A DNA stretch of 32,000 nt, from positions 540,001-572,000 of the forward strand of contig OZ007020.1 of the NCBI GenBank assembly GCA_963931495.1, written 5' to 3'. The notes under the pieces are model-generated. The model saw only the letters and a program-made list of their open reading frames with translations, was not told the DNA's origin and made no database searches. Every line of letters begins with the position of its first letter. Position 1 is the stretch's first letter. Position numbers and translations under genes: made by a program. Below are positions 7,752-16,872 of this stretch, piece after piece. This DNA is from an uncultured Alphaproteobacteria bacterium (lineage in GTDB: Bacteria > Pseudomonadota > Alphaproteobacteria > Rs-D84).

Positions 7752-7793
7752 CATCTGGCCACCAATTGCTATTTTGGGTGGTGGCCGGTTGTG

Positions 7794-8621
7794 TTATTCC
7801 TGTATCTGGGGCAGGCAGCGGCGCAGGGCGTCGTGCCAATGCGGGATTGTTATGTCGAATGTTTTTACAATTTTGGCTTTATCCAAAACGCTGTAAAATG
7901 GGCGGGTGGCTGCGGTTGGGTATTCCGATGTAGGAATCGCGTTCACATGGCATTTGCGGCCGCCCAATTCCATAATTGCGGTTGCAAAATCATACCATGA
8001 ACACACGCCCAGGTTGGTGTAATGATATATTCCTGCTGTGTCGCGGTTGATTTGTGGCAATATTTTCACGATTGTGTCGGCCAAATCGTCTGCGTATGTC
8101 GGCGTGCCGATTTGGTCGCATACCACATTTATCGTTTCGCGCTGTGCGCCCAGGCGCAACATTGTTTTGACAAAATTGTTCCCATACGGGGAATACAGCC
8201 ATGCTGTGCGAATTATGATTGCGTTGTCATTATTTTGTAATATTGCGCGTTCGCCCGCCAATTTTGTTTTTCCGTATACAGACGTTGGATTTGCTGCATC
8301 GGTCGTTTTGTACGGTGTGTGGGACGTGCCGTCAAATACGTAATCTGTGGAAATATGTACCAGTTTACAGCCCGTGCGCGCCAGATTTTCGGGGCCGTTT
8401 ACATTGACGCGTGTGGCCAAATCGACATCTGATTCGGCGCGATCCACGGCAGTGTATGCGGCGCAATTGATGATAGTATCGATATTGTTTTCGCGCACAA
8501 ATTTCTGTACGGCATCAAAATCCGTTATGTCCAATGTGTCGGAATCTGTCGCGATCGCGTTCGATATGCGCGCGGTTAATTCGCGCCCCAGTTGACCATT
8601 ACAACCCGTTATCAGGTACAT
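7794..8621 (-). CDS. rfbD: dTDP-4-dehydrorhamnose reductase
   Basis: N-terminal Rossmann motif MYLITGCNGQLGREL. Also STDYVFDG and the YGKTK catalytic motif. The 275-aa size is typical of RmlD. It overlaps the rfbC stop by 23 nt. Confidence 0.92.
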   Translation of the reverse strand: MYLITGCNGQLGRELTARISNAIATDSDTLDITDFDAVQKFVRENNIDTIINCAAYTAVDRAESDVDLATRVNVNGPENLARTGCKLVHISTDYVFDGTSHTPYKTTDAANPTSVYGKTKLAGERAILQNNDNAIIIRTAWLYSPYGNNFVKTMLRLGAQRETINVVCDQIGTPTYADDLADTIVKILPQINRDTAGIYHYTNLGVCSWYDFATAIMELGGRKCHVNAIPTSEYPTAATRPFYSVLDKAKIVKTFDITIPHWHDALRRCLPQIQE

Positions 8622-9150
8622 CTTTTAATCCTTTGGCTATTCTGTCTTTGTCCGAAGTAATAATTTTATCCGCCGGGATTCGCCAATCGATGCCGATTTC
8701 AGGGTCGTCGTATCGTATGCCGATTTCTGATTCAGGGTGATAAAAATTATCACATTTATACGCAAATATGGCGGTATCGGTTAACACCGAAAATCCGTGT
8801 AAAAAACCGCGCGGTATAAACAACTGACGTCCGTTTTCAGCGGATAATTCCACCGCCACATGGCGGCCAAACGTTGGCGAGTTTTTGCGAATATCAACAG
8901 CCACGTCCAAAACTGTGCCGTGCAGAACGCGAACCAGTTTTGCCTGGGCATATTCGCCCAATTGACAATGCAGGCCACGTATAACGCCATAGCACGATTT
9001 GGATTGGTTATCCTGGACAAAACGGTTTGGAATGCCGTTTTTGATAAATTCATTTTCATTATAACTTTCGAAAAAGTATCCGCGTGCGTCGGTGAATATT
9101 TTAGGTTCCACGATAACAATGCCGTCAATATCTGTTTTTATAAAGTTCAT
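8599..9150 (-). CDS. rfbC: dTDP-4-dehydrorhamnose 3,5-epimerase
   Basis: The RmlC cupin signature runs from MNFIKTDIDGIVIVEPKIFTDARGYFFESYN through RGLHCQ to FIPRGFLHGF, 183 aa in total. AGGGGA lies 7 nt upstream of the ATG at 9150. Confidence 0.92.
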   Translation of the reverse strand: MNFIKTDIDGIVIVEPKIFTDARGYFFESYNENEFIKNGIPNRFVQDNQSKSCYGVIRGLHCQLGEYAQAKLVRVLHGTVLDVAVDIRKNSPTFGRHVAVELSAENGRQLFIPRGFLHGFSVLTDTAIFAYKCDNFYHPESEIGIRYDDPEIGIDWRIPADKIITSDKDRIAKGLKDVPDNGL

Positions 9151-9283
9151 ATTTAATCCCCTGGTTATCTGTATCAGTAATGTAATCATATTCATAATGA
9201 TTGGGCAAGGGCGGAAAAAAGTTTTATTGAATTTTTTGCAGTAAGTGATTATAATGATTAGGTACATACAAAGGGGGGGATTT

Positions 9284-9931
9284 ATGCCAAAAGCAAAAAA
9301 ATCAAATGCGAAAACAAGTACGCGTGTAAAAGCAACGCGTGCAACGCGTCGTACGTCGGCAAATCCGATTGCGACATCTATTAAACGTTTGTATAACAAA
9401 AGTGCGCCGTTGTTGATATGCGAAGCATTGCTGTTTGGCGTCGTGGCGGTATTGATGGTATTGATGCCGGTTACATTTCTAAAAGCGTTAACAGTTATTG
9501 TTGGCGTTGGTTTAATCTTGTTCGGATTATATCGCACCATTGCCGGATTTGTCGTGTCGCGTGACATGGGTGGCGGATGGTTTGATGTTCTGTTCGGATT
9601 GTTGGGGGTCGTGCTGGGGGTACTGTTCTGTATATATCCGGCGAGTTCGGCAATCAGTTTGGTGTACATATTTGTCGTGCTGTTCTTGTTCCGGTCACTG
9701 TTGTCGTTGATATTCTCGGTCAATATGATACGCGCAAAGTTTGGACATTATTGGGTTGATTTAGTTATGTCAATTATACTGATTGCGCTGGCGGTGTTCT
9801 TGCTGTTTTATCCAATGGCCGGTGCGGTTGTGATGATATACTATTTAGCGGTTACGTTGTTGTTGTATGCAATCGCAGATGTGTACATGTACATTGAAAT
9901 ATTACGATTGAAAAAGTTAGTGAATGATTAG
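9284..9931 (+). CDS. HdeD/DUF308-like multi-pass membrane protein with a Lys/Arg-rich N-terminal tail
   Basis: ATG at 9284 follows AGGGGGGGA. TATAAT is at 9250-9255. Six hydrophobic helices follow the DUF308 pattern, e.g. GGGWFDVLFGLLGVVLGVLFCIYP and HYWVDLVMSIILIALAVFLLFYP. Confidence 0.7.
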   Translation: MPKAKKSNAKTSTRVKATRATRRTSANPIATSIKRLYNKSAPLLICEALLFGVVAVLMVLMPVTFLKALTVIVGVGLILFGLYRTIAGFVVSRDMGGGWFDVLFGLLGVVLGVLFCIYPASSAISLVYIFVVLFLFRSLLSLIFSVNMIRAKFGHYWVDLVMSIILIALAVFLLFYPMAGAVVMIYYLAVTLLLYAIADVYMYIEILRLKKLVND

Positions 9932-9932
9932 C

Positions 9933-9959
9933 AAAAATCGCCCGTTCGGGCGATTTTTT
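9933..9959. terminator. Bidirectional rho-independent terminator between the hdeD-like gene and tRNA-Arg
   Basis: AAAAATCGCCCG-TTC-GGGCGATTTTTT: a GC-rich stem with an A-run on one side and a T-run on the other. Confidence 0.8.
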
Positions 9960-9967
9960 ATTGTTTC

Positions 9968-10044
9968 TGGCGCGCCCTGCAGGATTCGAACCTGCGACCT
10001 GCGGATTAGAAATCCGATGCTCTATCCAGCTGAGCTAAGGGCGC
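9968..10044 (-). tRNA. tRNA-Arg (anticodon UCU)
   Basis: The reverse complement reads GCGCCCT-TA-GCTC-AGCTGGATA-GAGC-A-TCGGA-TTTCTAA-TCCGC-AGGTC-GCAGG-TTCGAAT-CCTGC-AGGGCGC-G-CCA. Confidence 0.93.
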
Positions 10045-10053
10045 GTTGCGCAT

Positions 10054-10082
10054 ATTCTATATTATAAATGCGGTAAATTCAA
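10054..10082 (-). promoter_or_regulatory. Sigma70-type promoter for tRNA-Arg
   Basis: On the minus strand: TTGAAT (10082-10077), 17-nt spacer, TAGAAT (10059-10054). The -10 element ends 9 nt before the tRNA 5' end. Confidence 0.6.
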
Positions 10083-10176
10083 GTCTGGGGATTAATATTA
10101 TTTTAAGAAATCGTTCCTGGGGCGGGGCGGCACATGGCGTGGTATAATAGACGTATACAAAACAAGGGAGTTTTTT

Positions 10177-10647
10177 ATGAAAAAATTTTGGTTGTTTATT
10201 TTGGCCGTCGTTATTTCTTTTGTGCCAGGAATTATCGGAATATTTTTTACACCAACGGGGGCGTCTGATGTTTGGTATAATGCGCTGAACAAGCCGATGT
10301 TGATGCCGGATGGATGGGTGTTTGCGGTTATATGGCCGATACTGTATTTATTACTGGGTATCGCGTTGTATTTGATTATTGTTGATAAAACACGTTTCAG
10401 CAAGACGACATCATATGTCTTGTTTGGGGCCCAGATGGTGTTGAATGCATTATGGACATATTTGTTCTTTGGGTTAAATCTGACAGGTATTGCGTTATTG
10501 ATTATAATTACGCTGATTGGATTCAGTATATGGATGATGATAGAATTTAAGAAAATCAGCCGCCCGGCATTTTATCTGGTGTGGCCGTATATAATATGGT
10601 TGGCGTTCGCGCTGTATTTGAATGGTGTTGTTGTATTTTTGAACTAA
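10177..10647 (+). CDS. tspO: TspO/MBR family tryptophan-rich sensory protein
   Basis: Five-helix protein of 156 aa with WYNALNKPMLMPDGWVFAVIWPILYLLLGIALY and NALWTYLFFGL. AAGGGAG is the ribosome-binding site. TATAAT is at 10143-10148. Confidence 0.88.
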   Translation: MKKFWLFILAVVISFVPGIIGIFFTPTGASDVWYNALNKPMLMPDGWVFAVIWPILYLLLGIALYLIIVDKTRFSKTTSYVLFGAQMVLNALWTYLFFGLNLTGIALLIIITLIGFSIWMMIEFKKISRPAFYLVWPYIIWLAFALYLNGVVVFLN

Positions 10648-10650
10648 ATC

Positions 10651-10678
10651 AACCGGCCACCAGAAATGGTGGCTGGTT
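10651..10678. terminator. Hairpin between the convergent genes tspO and ftsB-like
   Basis: AACCGGCCACC-agaaat-GGTGGCTGGTT: an 11-bp stem with one G-U pair. It overlaps the ftsB-like stop codon. Confidence 0.6.
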
Positions 10679-11012
10679 ATATCTTTAATATTCTGATATC
10701 AGGGTCGCCGATATTCAGATATTTTAATCCCAATTCTTCAACGTAATCTGGGCTGTATCCCTGTAATAATTCAATGTGGCGGTTTATTCGGTTTAATTTT
10801 TCCTGTTCGGTGGCCAATTGGGTCTGTTCATTATCCAGACGCCATATGTTCATGACAAATTGTTGTACGTTTTCTTCGCCCATGAACATACGAACAAACA
10901 TTATTGCCGCGAAAATCACCGCCACAATACCAATCTTGCCACGAATGCCGCCCGTCCATGCGTGACCAATAAAAGTAAAGAATTTTTTGATTTTTTCCTT
11001 CATCGGTGGCAT
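10677..11012 (-). CDS. ftsB: FtsB/DivIC-family septum formation initiator
   Basis: An N-terminal transmembrane helix (IGIVAVIFAAIMFV) is followed by a coiled coil (RLDNEQTQLATEQEKLNRINRHIELL) and the typical tail DYVEELGLKYLNIGDPDIRILKI. An alternative start lies at 11003. Confidence 0.8.
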   Translation of the reverse strand: MPPMKEKIKKFFTFIGHAWTGGIRGKIGIVAVIFAAIMFVRMFMGEENVQQFVMNIWRLDNEQTQLATEQEKLNRINRHIELLQGYSPDYVEELGLKYLNIGDPDIRILKI

Positions 11013-11022
11013 TATATCACAA

Positions 11023-11946
11023 ATGTTTGCGAATAATCAAATTTTTGGTGCACCGTTGGCCGGAATTACAGACAAACCGTTTCGGCGGATCGTGCGTATG
11101 TTTGCGCCAGGGGTTCCACTGTATACAGAAATGATTTCGTGTCATTCGTTGGTCGGTGGACATAAAAACTGTTTGCGCAATTTTGACAGATATGATGACG
11201 AAGGAAATATTGGCGCCCAGATTTTTGGTGCACGTCCTGATTTAATGGCGGATGCGGCAAAAATCTTGCAAGACAGCGGGGCAACATGGATTGATATAAA
11301 TATGGGATGTCCGGTGCCAAAGGTGGCCACGCGCAGTGGGGCCGGGGCAAATCTGATGCGCGATCATAAATTGGCTGAACGGATTATGCGGGCTGTGGTA
11401 CAGTCTGTTCAGATTCCGGTGTCAATAAAAACGCGTTTGGGGTGGGATGATGCGCATCGTGACTGGGCGGATTTAATTCAAATTGCGGCGGATTGCGGGG
11501 TGCGGTTTGCCGCATTACATGGGCGTACGCGGGCACAGTTATATTCAGGGCAATCGGTGTTACCAAAACTGGAAAATATGCCCATACCAATAATTGGCAA
11601 TGGGGATATAAAAGACAGCACAGATGTGGCGCGTGTGCGGGAAATCGGATATTCTGGCGCTATGATTGGGCGTGCGATGCTGGGGCGCCCATGGATTTTG
11701 GGGCAATTGTCTGGCGTTTATGATGTGCCAAAAAATATTGGATTGGTTGTGTTGCGGCATTTGGAATATATGCGTAAATATTATGGCGACGGGGCCGCTG
11801 TGCCGATGTTTCGCAAGCATGTGGCCTGGTATTCGGCGGGACAACCGAATTCATCAGAATTCCGAATTCGTGTTAATTCAATCACAGATGTAAATGAACT
11901 GGTTTCGGAAATTTGTAAATTTTGGGGTTGCGAAGTGGATGTATAG
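11023..11946 (+). CDS. dus: tRNA-dihydrouridine synthase (Dus family, DusB/NifR3-like)
   Basis: FGAPLAGITDKPFRRIVRMF, DINMGCPVPKV and HGRTRAQLYSG are Dus motifs. I chose the start at MFANNQIF (11023) because the upstream extension overlaps ftsB. Confidence 0.88.
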   Translation: MFANNQIFGAPLAGITDKPFRRIVRMFAPGVPLYTEMISCHSLVGGHKNCLRNFDRYDDEGNIGAQIFGARPDLMADAAKILQDSGATWIDINMGCPVPKVATRSGAGANLMRDHKLAERIMRAVVQSVQIPVSIKTRLGWDDAHRDWADLIQIAADCGVRFAALHGRTRAQLYSGQSVLPKLENMPIPIIGNGDIKDSTDVARVREIGYSGAMIGRAMLGRPWILGQLSGVYDVPKNIGLVVLRHLEYMRKYYGDGAAVPMFRKHVAWYSAGQPNSSEFRIRVNSITDVNELVSEICKFWGCEVDV

Positions 11947-11981
11947 ATTCTATGATTGGTAAAACAGCAGGGGATATAATT

Positions 11982-12830
11982 ATGACGGAAAATATTAATA
12001 ATTCAGAAATGTCGGTTGGTGAAATATTGCGTAATGCCCGTACCACAGGGCGCAGAAAACGCGAATTGCAAACAATTGCAAAGCAACTGTGTATTCGTGA
12101 AGAATTTTTGCAGGCATTGGAAGATGGAAATTACAAGGTAATACCAGAAACTGTTTATATATTGGGTTTTGCGCGTAACTATGCGATGGAACTGGGGCTG
12201 GAACCGGATGAAATTGTTGCAAAAATAAAACGCGAAATGGGAATTGCGCCTGAATGTGACGATGATGATGGAAAAAAAGAACCTGGGTGTGAATTACCAG
12301 ATAACACGAATAATACAAATAATGCGAACCATAAGTTTATTGATGGCATAAAAAAGTCAATGAAATATGTTCGGCGTCATTGGATTTGGTTCACAGCGGG
12401 GGCAGTTGTGCTTATTGCGCTGGTCGGGGGGGCAATGTTAGCAGGGGCACCGTCTGGCGAAGTAACGTCTGAAACACCGGTGGTAATTGATATCGCGGAA
12501 ACCGCAACCAATGATGCGGATGTTGAATATACTGTCGCAGTGCGGGAACGTTTCGGTACGGAAAACAGTGAAAATGCCGATGTTATTTTACAGGCAACCC
12601 AAGATTCGTGGGTTGAAATCAAGGATCGGGGTGGTGATACGATATTCGGTCGTGTTTTGGTTCCTGGGGATGTGTATTATGTCCCGTCGGGTAACGGATA
12701 TTCGGCAACATTTGGAAACGCCGGGGGTATTGATGTGTGGGTGAATGGAAAATTGGCACCAAAGCAGGGCGATGAACATGTCCGTAAGTCCGGAATATCA
12801 TTAAACCCGTCTGATTTAGTATCTGAATAG
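11982..12830 (+). CDS. rodZ: RodZ-like cytoskeleton protein (HTH_25 domain, transmembrane helix, DUF4115-like C-terminal domain)
   Basis: HTH region [48 protein letters not shown]. Transmembrane helix [22 protein letters not shown]-terminal region [27 protein letters not shown]. The start at MTENINN follows CAGGGGA. Confidence 0.78.
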   Translation: MTENINNSEMSVGEILRNARTTGRRKRELQTIAKQLCIREEFLQALEDGNYKVIPETVYILGFARNYAMELGLEPDEIVAKIKREMGIAPECDDDDGKKEPGCELPDNTNNTNNANHKFIDGIKKSMKYVRRHWIWFTAGAVVLIALVGGAMLAGAPSGEVTSETPVVIDIAETATNDADVEYTVAVRERFGTENSENADVILQATQDSWVEIKDRGGDTIFGRVLVPGDVYYVPSGNGYSATFGNAGGIDVWVNGKLAPKQGDEHVRKSGISLNPSDLVSE

Positions 12831-12841
12831 TAATATATAGG

Positions 12842-12864
12842 TGGGCGAAAAGATTTTTCGCCCA
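12842..12864 (+). terminator. Terminator-like hairpin after rodZ-like
   Basis: TGGGCGAAAA-gat-TTTTCGCCCA is a perfect 10-bp stem. The T-tract after it is weak. Confidence 0.6.
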
Positions 12865-12907
12865 TTATGTTGAAAATTGTAATAATTTCTCTATATTTAC
12901 TTTTGCT

Positions 12908-15754
12908 ATGGCTGGAATTATAAAGATTCGCGGTGCACGCGAAAATAATCTTAAGAATATTGATTTGGACATACCAAAAAATAAGTTGGTGGTCTTGACT
13001 GGTGTGTCTGGGTCGGGTAAATCGTCACTGGCGTTCAATACCATTTATGCCGAAGGCCAGCGCAGATACGTTGAATCACTGTCGTCGTATGCGCGCCAGT
13101 TTTTGGATATGCAAAAAAAGCCAGATGTTGATTTAATAGAAGGATTGTCCCCGGCAATTTCAATTGAACAAAAAACAACGTCAAAAAATCCGCGTTCTAC
13201 GGTCGGGACGGTCACGGAAATTTATGATTATTTACGATTATTGTGGGCGCGAATCGGTGTGCCACATTCGCCCGTAACAGGTTTGCCGATTAAGTCACAA
13301 ACAATCCCAGAAATGGTTGATTGGACAATGAAAATCCCATCTGGGACAAAAATTTTTATCATGGCGCCATTGATACGTGAACGCAAAGGCGAATATCGTA
13401 AAGAATTGGCGTTTTTAGTAAAACAGGGGTATCAGCGCGCAATAATTGATGGTGAATTGTATGATTTGTCGGCGGTGCCACCGTTGGATAAAAATAAAAA
13501 GCACACAATATTTGTCATTGTTGATAGATTACAGATGCCGGCGCCGGATATATCCGAATCTGATATGGAAGAATTTCGGTCGCGCATGTTTGCGTCTTTT
13601 GAAGGTTCGTTGCGTTTGGTCCCAGGTTCTGTGTTGGTGCGTCGTTTGGATACAAATGAAGATATATTATATTCCCAGAATTACGCGTGCCCCGTCAGTG
13701 GATTTACTGTACCGAAGATAGAACCAAGATTGTTTTCTTTTAATGCGCCGATGGGGGCGTGCCAGGCATGCGATGGACTGGGGGTGCAATTAAATATGTC
13801 GCCAGATTTGGTGATTCCTGACCCGTCAAAGTCTATATTGGATGGCGCAATTGCACCGTGGTCGCGTGGCGGAATGCTTAGCCAGTTTGATCACTTGTTG
13901 GACGCGTTACACAAAAAGTATAAAATACCGTTGTCAAAACCGTGGCACACACTGACACAGCAACAGAAAGATATTATATTGTACGGCAGTGGTGATGAAC
14001 CGATAAAGATAAACTGGAACGGATTCGTGTATGAAAAACCGTACGAGGGTGTAATTCCAAACATTGAACGTCGTTGGCGCGAATCGGATTCCGAAGCTGT
14101 ACGTGCAGAATTGGCCAAGTATCAATCGGAAAAACCATGCCCGGTATGTCATGGTAAGCGTTTGAATATCCAGGCATTATGTGTGAAAATTTATGGGTTG
14201 GATATTATGGATGCGTGTGATATGGCGGTGGATCAATCACTGGAATGGTTCACAAATTTGCCCCAGCATTTAACACAAAAAGAAAATGATATTGCCCGGG
14301 TGATATTGCGTGAAATTACCAGTCGTTTGCAATTCTTGAAAAATGTTGGATTAGGTTATTTAACATTGTCGCGCATGTCGGGCACTTTGTCCGGCGGTGA
14401 AGCACAACGTATACGCCTGGCGTCCCAGATTGGCAGTGGGTTGTCAGGCGTCTTGTATGTGTTGGATGAACCATCAATCGGATTACATCAGAGTGATAAT
14501 GATAAATTGCTGGATACGTTGAAAACGCTGCGTGACAAAGATAATACGGTTATTGTCGTTGAACATGACGAAGATGCGATGCGGGCCGCAGATTATTTGG
14601 TTGATATTGGGCCGGGGGCTGGTATTAATGGTGGGCGCGTGGTTGCCGCCGGTACGCCAGAACAAGTTATTAAAAATAAAGATTCGCTGACTGGGCAATA
14701 TTTATCCGGCAAGCGTAAAATTGATGTGCCAAAGAAACGTCGTCCTGGGAATGGCCATGTTATTTCTGTCCAAGGGGCACGTGAAAATAATTTGAAAAAC
14801 ATTAATGTTGATTTTCCGTTGGGGAAATTTATCGCGCTGACTGGTGTGTCTGGGTCGGGTAAATCAACACTGTTATTGGATACGTTATATCCAGCATTGA
14901 TGCGGGCATTGTATAATTCTAAAATGCCAATGGGGGCGCATGATATTATTCGTGGTATGGAATATGTGGATAAAGTGGTTGATATTGATCAATCGCCAAT
15001 TGGGCGAACCCCACGCAGTAACCCAGCCACTTATACAGGTGTGTTTTCAAATATTCGTGACTTTTTTGCCGGATTGCCCGAAGCCAAGGCGCGTGGATAT
15101 GGACCGGGACGCTTTTCTTTTAATGTCAAAGGTGGCCGATGCGAAGCGTGCCAGGGTGATGGCCAGATAAAGATAGAGATGAATTTCTTGGCCGATGTAT
15201 ATGTAGAATGCGATAAATGTCATGGTGCGCGGTATAATGATGAAACGCTGGCGGTGAAGTACAAGGGTAAATCTATTGCCGACGTGCTAAATATGACTGT
15301 TGAAGAAGCGTACAGATTTTTTGCCAATGTTCCAGCAATTGCACGAAAATTAGAATTACTGAAACGCGTCGGATTAGACTATATCAAACTGGGGCAGAGT
15401 TCGTTGGATTTATCCGGGGGGGAAGCCCAGCGTATTAAATTATCTAAAGAACTGGCCGCACGCAGTACAGGTCAGACGATTTATATACTGGATGAACCGA
15501 CAACAGGATTGCATTTTGCAGATATAAAGTTGCTGTTGTCGGTGTTGCACGAACTGGTTGACCAGGGTAACACTGTCATTGTCATAGAACATAATTTAGA
15601 AGTAATTAAAACCGCCGATTGGATTGTTGATTTGGGACCTGCGGGTGGCGCCGGTGGCGGGCGTGTTATTGCAACCGGCACACCAGAACAAGTGGCGGAT
15701 AATCATGAATCTTTAACAGGAAAATATTTGCGAAAGTACCTGGGGATGAATTAA
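12908..15754 (+). CDS. uvrA: Excinuclease ABC subunit A
   Basis: 948 aa. Two Walker A motifs are present ([12 protein letters not shown] and [11 protein letters not shown]), with LSGGEAQR signature motifs and zinc modules CPVCHGKR and CEACQGDG...CDKCHGARY. Confidence 0.98.
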   Translation: MAGIIKIRGARENNLKNIDLDIPKNKLVVLTGVSGSGKSSLAFNTIYAEGQRRYVESLSSYARQFLDMQKKPDVDLIEGLSPAISIEQKTTSKNPRSTVGTVTEIYDYLRLLWARIGVPHSPVTGLPIKSQTIPEMVDWTMKIPSGTKIFIMAPLIRERKGEYRKELAFLVKQGYQRAIIDGELYDLSAVPPLDKNKKHTIFVIVDRLQMPAPDISESDMEEFRSRMFASFEGSLRLVPGSVLVRRLDTNEDILYSQNYACPVSGFTVPKIEPRLFSFNAPMGACQACDGLGVQLNMSPDLVIPDPSKSILDGAIAPWSRGGMLSQFDHLLDALHKKYKIPLSKPWHTLTQQQKDIILYGSGDEPIKINWNGFVYEKPYEGVIPNIERRWRESDSEAVRAELAKYQSEKPCPVCHGKRLNIQALCVKIYGLDIMDACDMAVDQSLEWFTNLPQHLTQKENDIARVILREITSRLQFLKNVGLGYLTLSRMSGTLSGGEAQRIRLASQIGSGLSGVLYVLDEPSIGLHQSDNDKLLDTLKTLRDKDNTVIVVEHDEDAMRAADYLVDIGPGAGINGGRVVAAGTPEQVIKNKDSLTGQYLSGKRKIDVPKKRRPGNGHVISVQGARENNLKNINVDFPLGKFIALTGVSGSGKSTLLLDTLYPALMRALYNSKMPMGAHDIIRGMEYVDKVVDIDQSPIGRTPRSNPATYTGVFSNIRDFFAGLPEAKARGYGPGRFSFNVKGGRCEACQGDGQIKIEMNFLADVYVECDKCHGARYNDETLAVKYKGKSIADVLNMTVEEAYRFFANVPAIARKLELLKRVGLDYIKLGQSSLDLSGGEAQRIKLSKELAARSTGQTIYILDEPTTGLHFADIKLLLSVLHELVDQGNTVIVIEHNLEVIKTADWIVDLGPAGGAGGGRVIATGTPEQVADNHESLTGKYLRKYLGMN

Positions 15755-15787
15755 AATTAATAAAATTACAGCACAAGGAGAAAACAA

Positions 15788-16318
15788 ATGTTTGGATTTG
15801 GAAAAAAGAAAGAAAAAAAACAGGAAAATGTATTGAATAATACAAATGCTGAAATAAATGAAAAAGATTTAGAAAAACTGGAAGCGAAAATGCCCAGTGG
15901 TATGAAAGAAAGCGCCCAGCGCATGATGTCGGGACAATTTGATATGAATGACATGTTGGCCCAACTGAAACAAATTAAGAAAATGAGCAATTTCAGCGGG
16001 TTGTTGAAAATGGTGCCGGGAATGTCGGGCGCAGTTGCCGCAATGAAAGAAAAAATCAAAGATGGCAGTGTTGATGCGCAAATTAAAATTCTGGAAGCAA
16101 TGACCGTTGCAGAACGTGCCGACCCAGAAAAAATATTTGCAAATGCAAAATCACGAATCGCAGAAACAGCCGGGTGCACTGTGCGCGACGTTGAACATAT
16201 TATCAAACAATATACTAAAATGCGCCAGCAAATGGCCATGGTTCAACGTATGGGCGGAATGGATGCAATCATGGCAAAAATGCAACAACAACCAGGCCCA
16301 GGGGCGAAAAAGTTATAA
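15788..16318 (+). CDS. Stand-alone SRP54/Ffh M-domain-like protein, Met-rich, with no NG GTPase domain
   Basis: FDMNDMLAQLKQIKKMSNFSGLLKMVPGMSG...ILEAMTVAERADPEKIF..AKSRIAETAGCTVRDVEHIIKQYTKMRQQM aligns by eye with the E. coli Ffh M domain (FDLNDFLEQLRQMKNMGGMASLMGKLPGMGQ...[46 protein letters not shown]). AAGGAGAA is the ribosome-binding site. The gene starts 33 nt after the uvrA stop. Confidence 0.8.
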   Translation: MFGFGKKKEKKQENVLNNTNAEINEKDLEKLEAKMPSGMKESAQRMMSGQFDMNDMLAQLKQIKKMSNFSGLLKMVPGMSGAVAAMKEKIKDGSVDAQIKILEAMTVAERADPEKIFANAKSRIAETAGCTVRDVEHIIKQYTKMRQQMAMVQRMGGMDAIMAKMQQQPGPGAKKL

Positions 16319-16321
16319 TAT

Positions 16322-16597
16322 ATGAATTTGCGAAAAATATTTGATTGGACACCCGTCGCAGTCAAGGCACCGCGGCCACGTTATGAAAAGTATGATTCTG
16401 TATCAGAACGTATTGTGGCGGGTTATGTTGTTGAAATAGAATATTTATATCATGGCCATCGTGATGTATTCTTTCCGAATCTGTCGGATATCAAGGATAC
16501 AGTGGATGGTAATCGGCGTTCGTTAAGAAAGGCGATAGTATTCTATAAAAAAACTAGGAACAAAATAAATTCACAACGCAAAGGGGTACAGCGATGA
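16322..16597 (+). CDS. Small hypothetical protein, 91 aa, paralogue 1
   Basis: Starts 3 nt after the previous stop. Its stop overlaps the next start (ATGA). It shares M-N-x-RKIFDW-x(2)-V-x-V-x(2)-P-x-P-x-Y...AGY-x-V...Y-x-HHG/YHG...FF with the next ORF. Confidence 0.7.
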   Translation: MNLRKIFDWTPVAVKAPRPRYEKYDSVSERIVAGYVVEIEYLYHGHRDVFFPNLSDIKDTVDGNRRSLRKAIVFYKKTRNKINSQRKGVQR

Positions 16598-16872
16598 ATA
16601 TAAATGTCCGAAAAATATTTGATTGGAATATTGTTGATGTGTCACAACCTGTGCCGGTGTACAGCGTTATGCCCATGGGTAACAGAAAATTGGCGGGATA
16701 TACGGTGGCTTTGACATATCGGCATCATGGCACGACGTCAAAATTTTTTGATGCAGATTCAGAACGGTTATGGATGTTATATCCAGATGGACCGTTGGGG
16801 GCCGCGCGCGAATATTATGAACAAGTTCTGCAACGCATGATGCTGCAATCATTAAAAGAAAAAACATTATGA
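16594..16872 (+). CDS. Small hypothetical protein, 92 aa, paralogue 2
   Basis: ATGA overlaps occur at both ends, with paralogue 1 and with rlmE. It shares the N-terminal and core motif with 16322-16597. Confidence 0.7.
   Translation: MNINVRKIFDWNIVDVSQPVPVYSVMPMGNRKLAGYTVALTYRHHGTTSKFFDADSERLWMLYPDGPLGAAREYYEQVLQRMMLQSLKEKTL

Noticed and set aside
8599-9723. A 374-aa ORF extending rfbC about 190 codons upstream
   Set aside because: RmlC homology begins exactly at MNFIKTD (ATG at 9150), which has AGGGGA upstream. The extension is low-complexity Asn/Thr/Pro-rich sequence antisense to the convincing hdeD-like membrane protein gene on the + strand.
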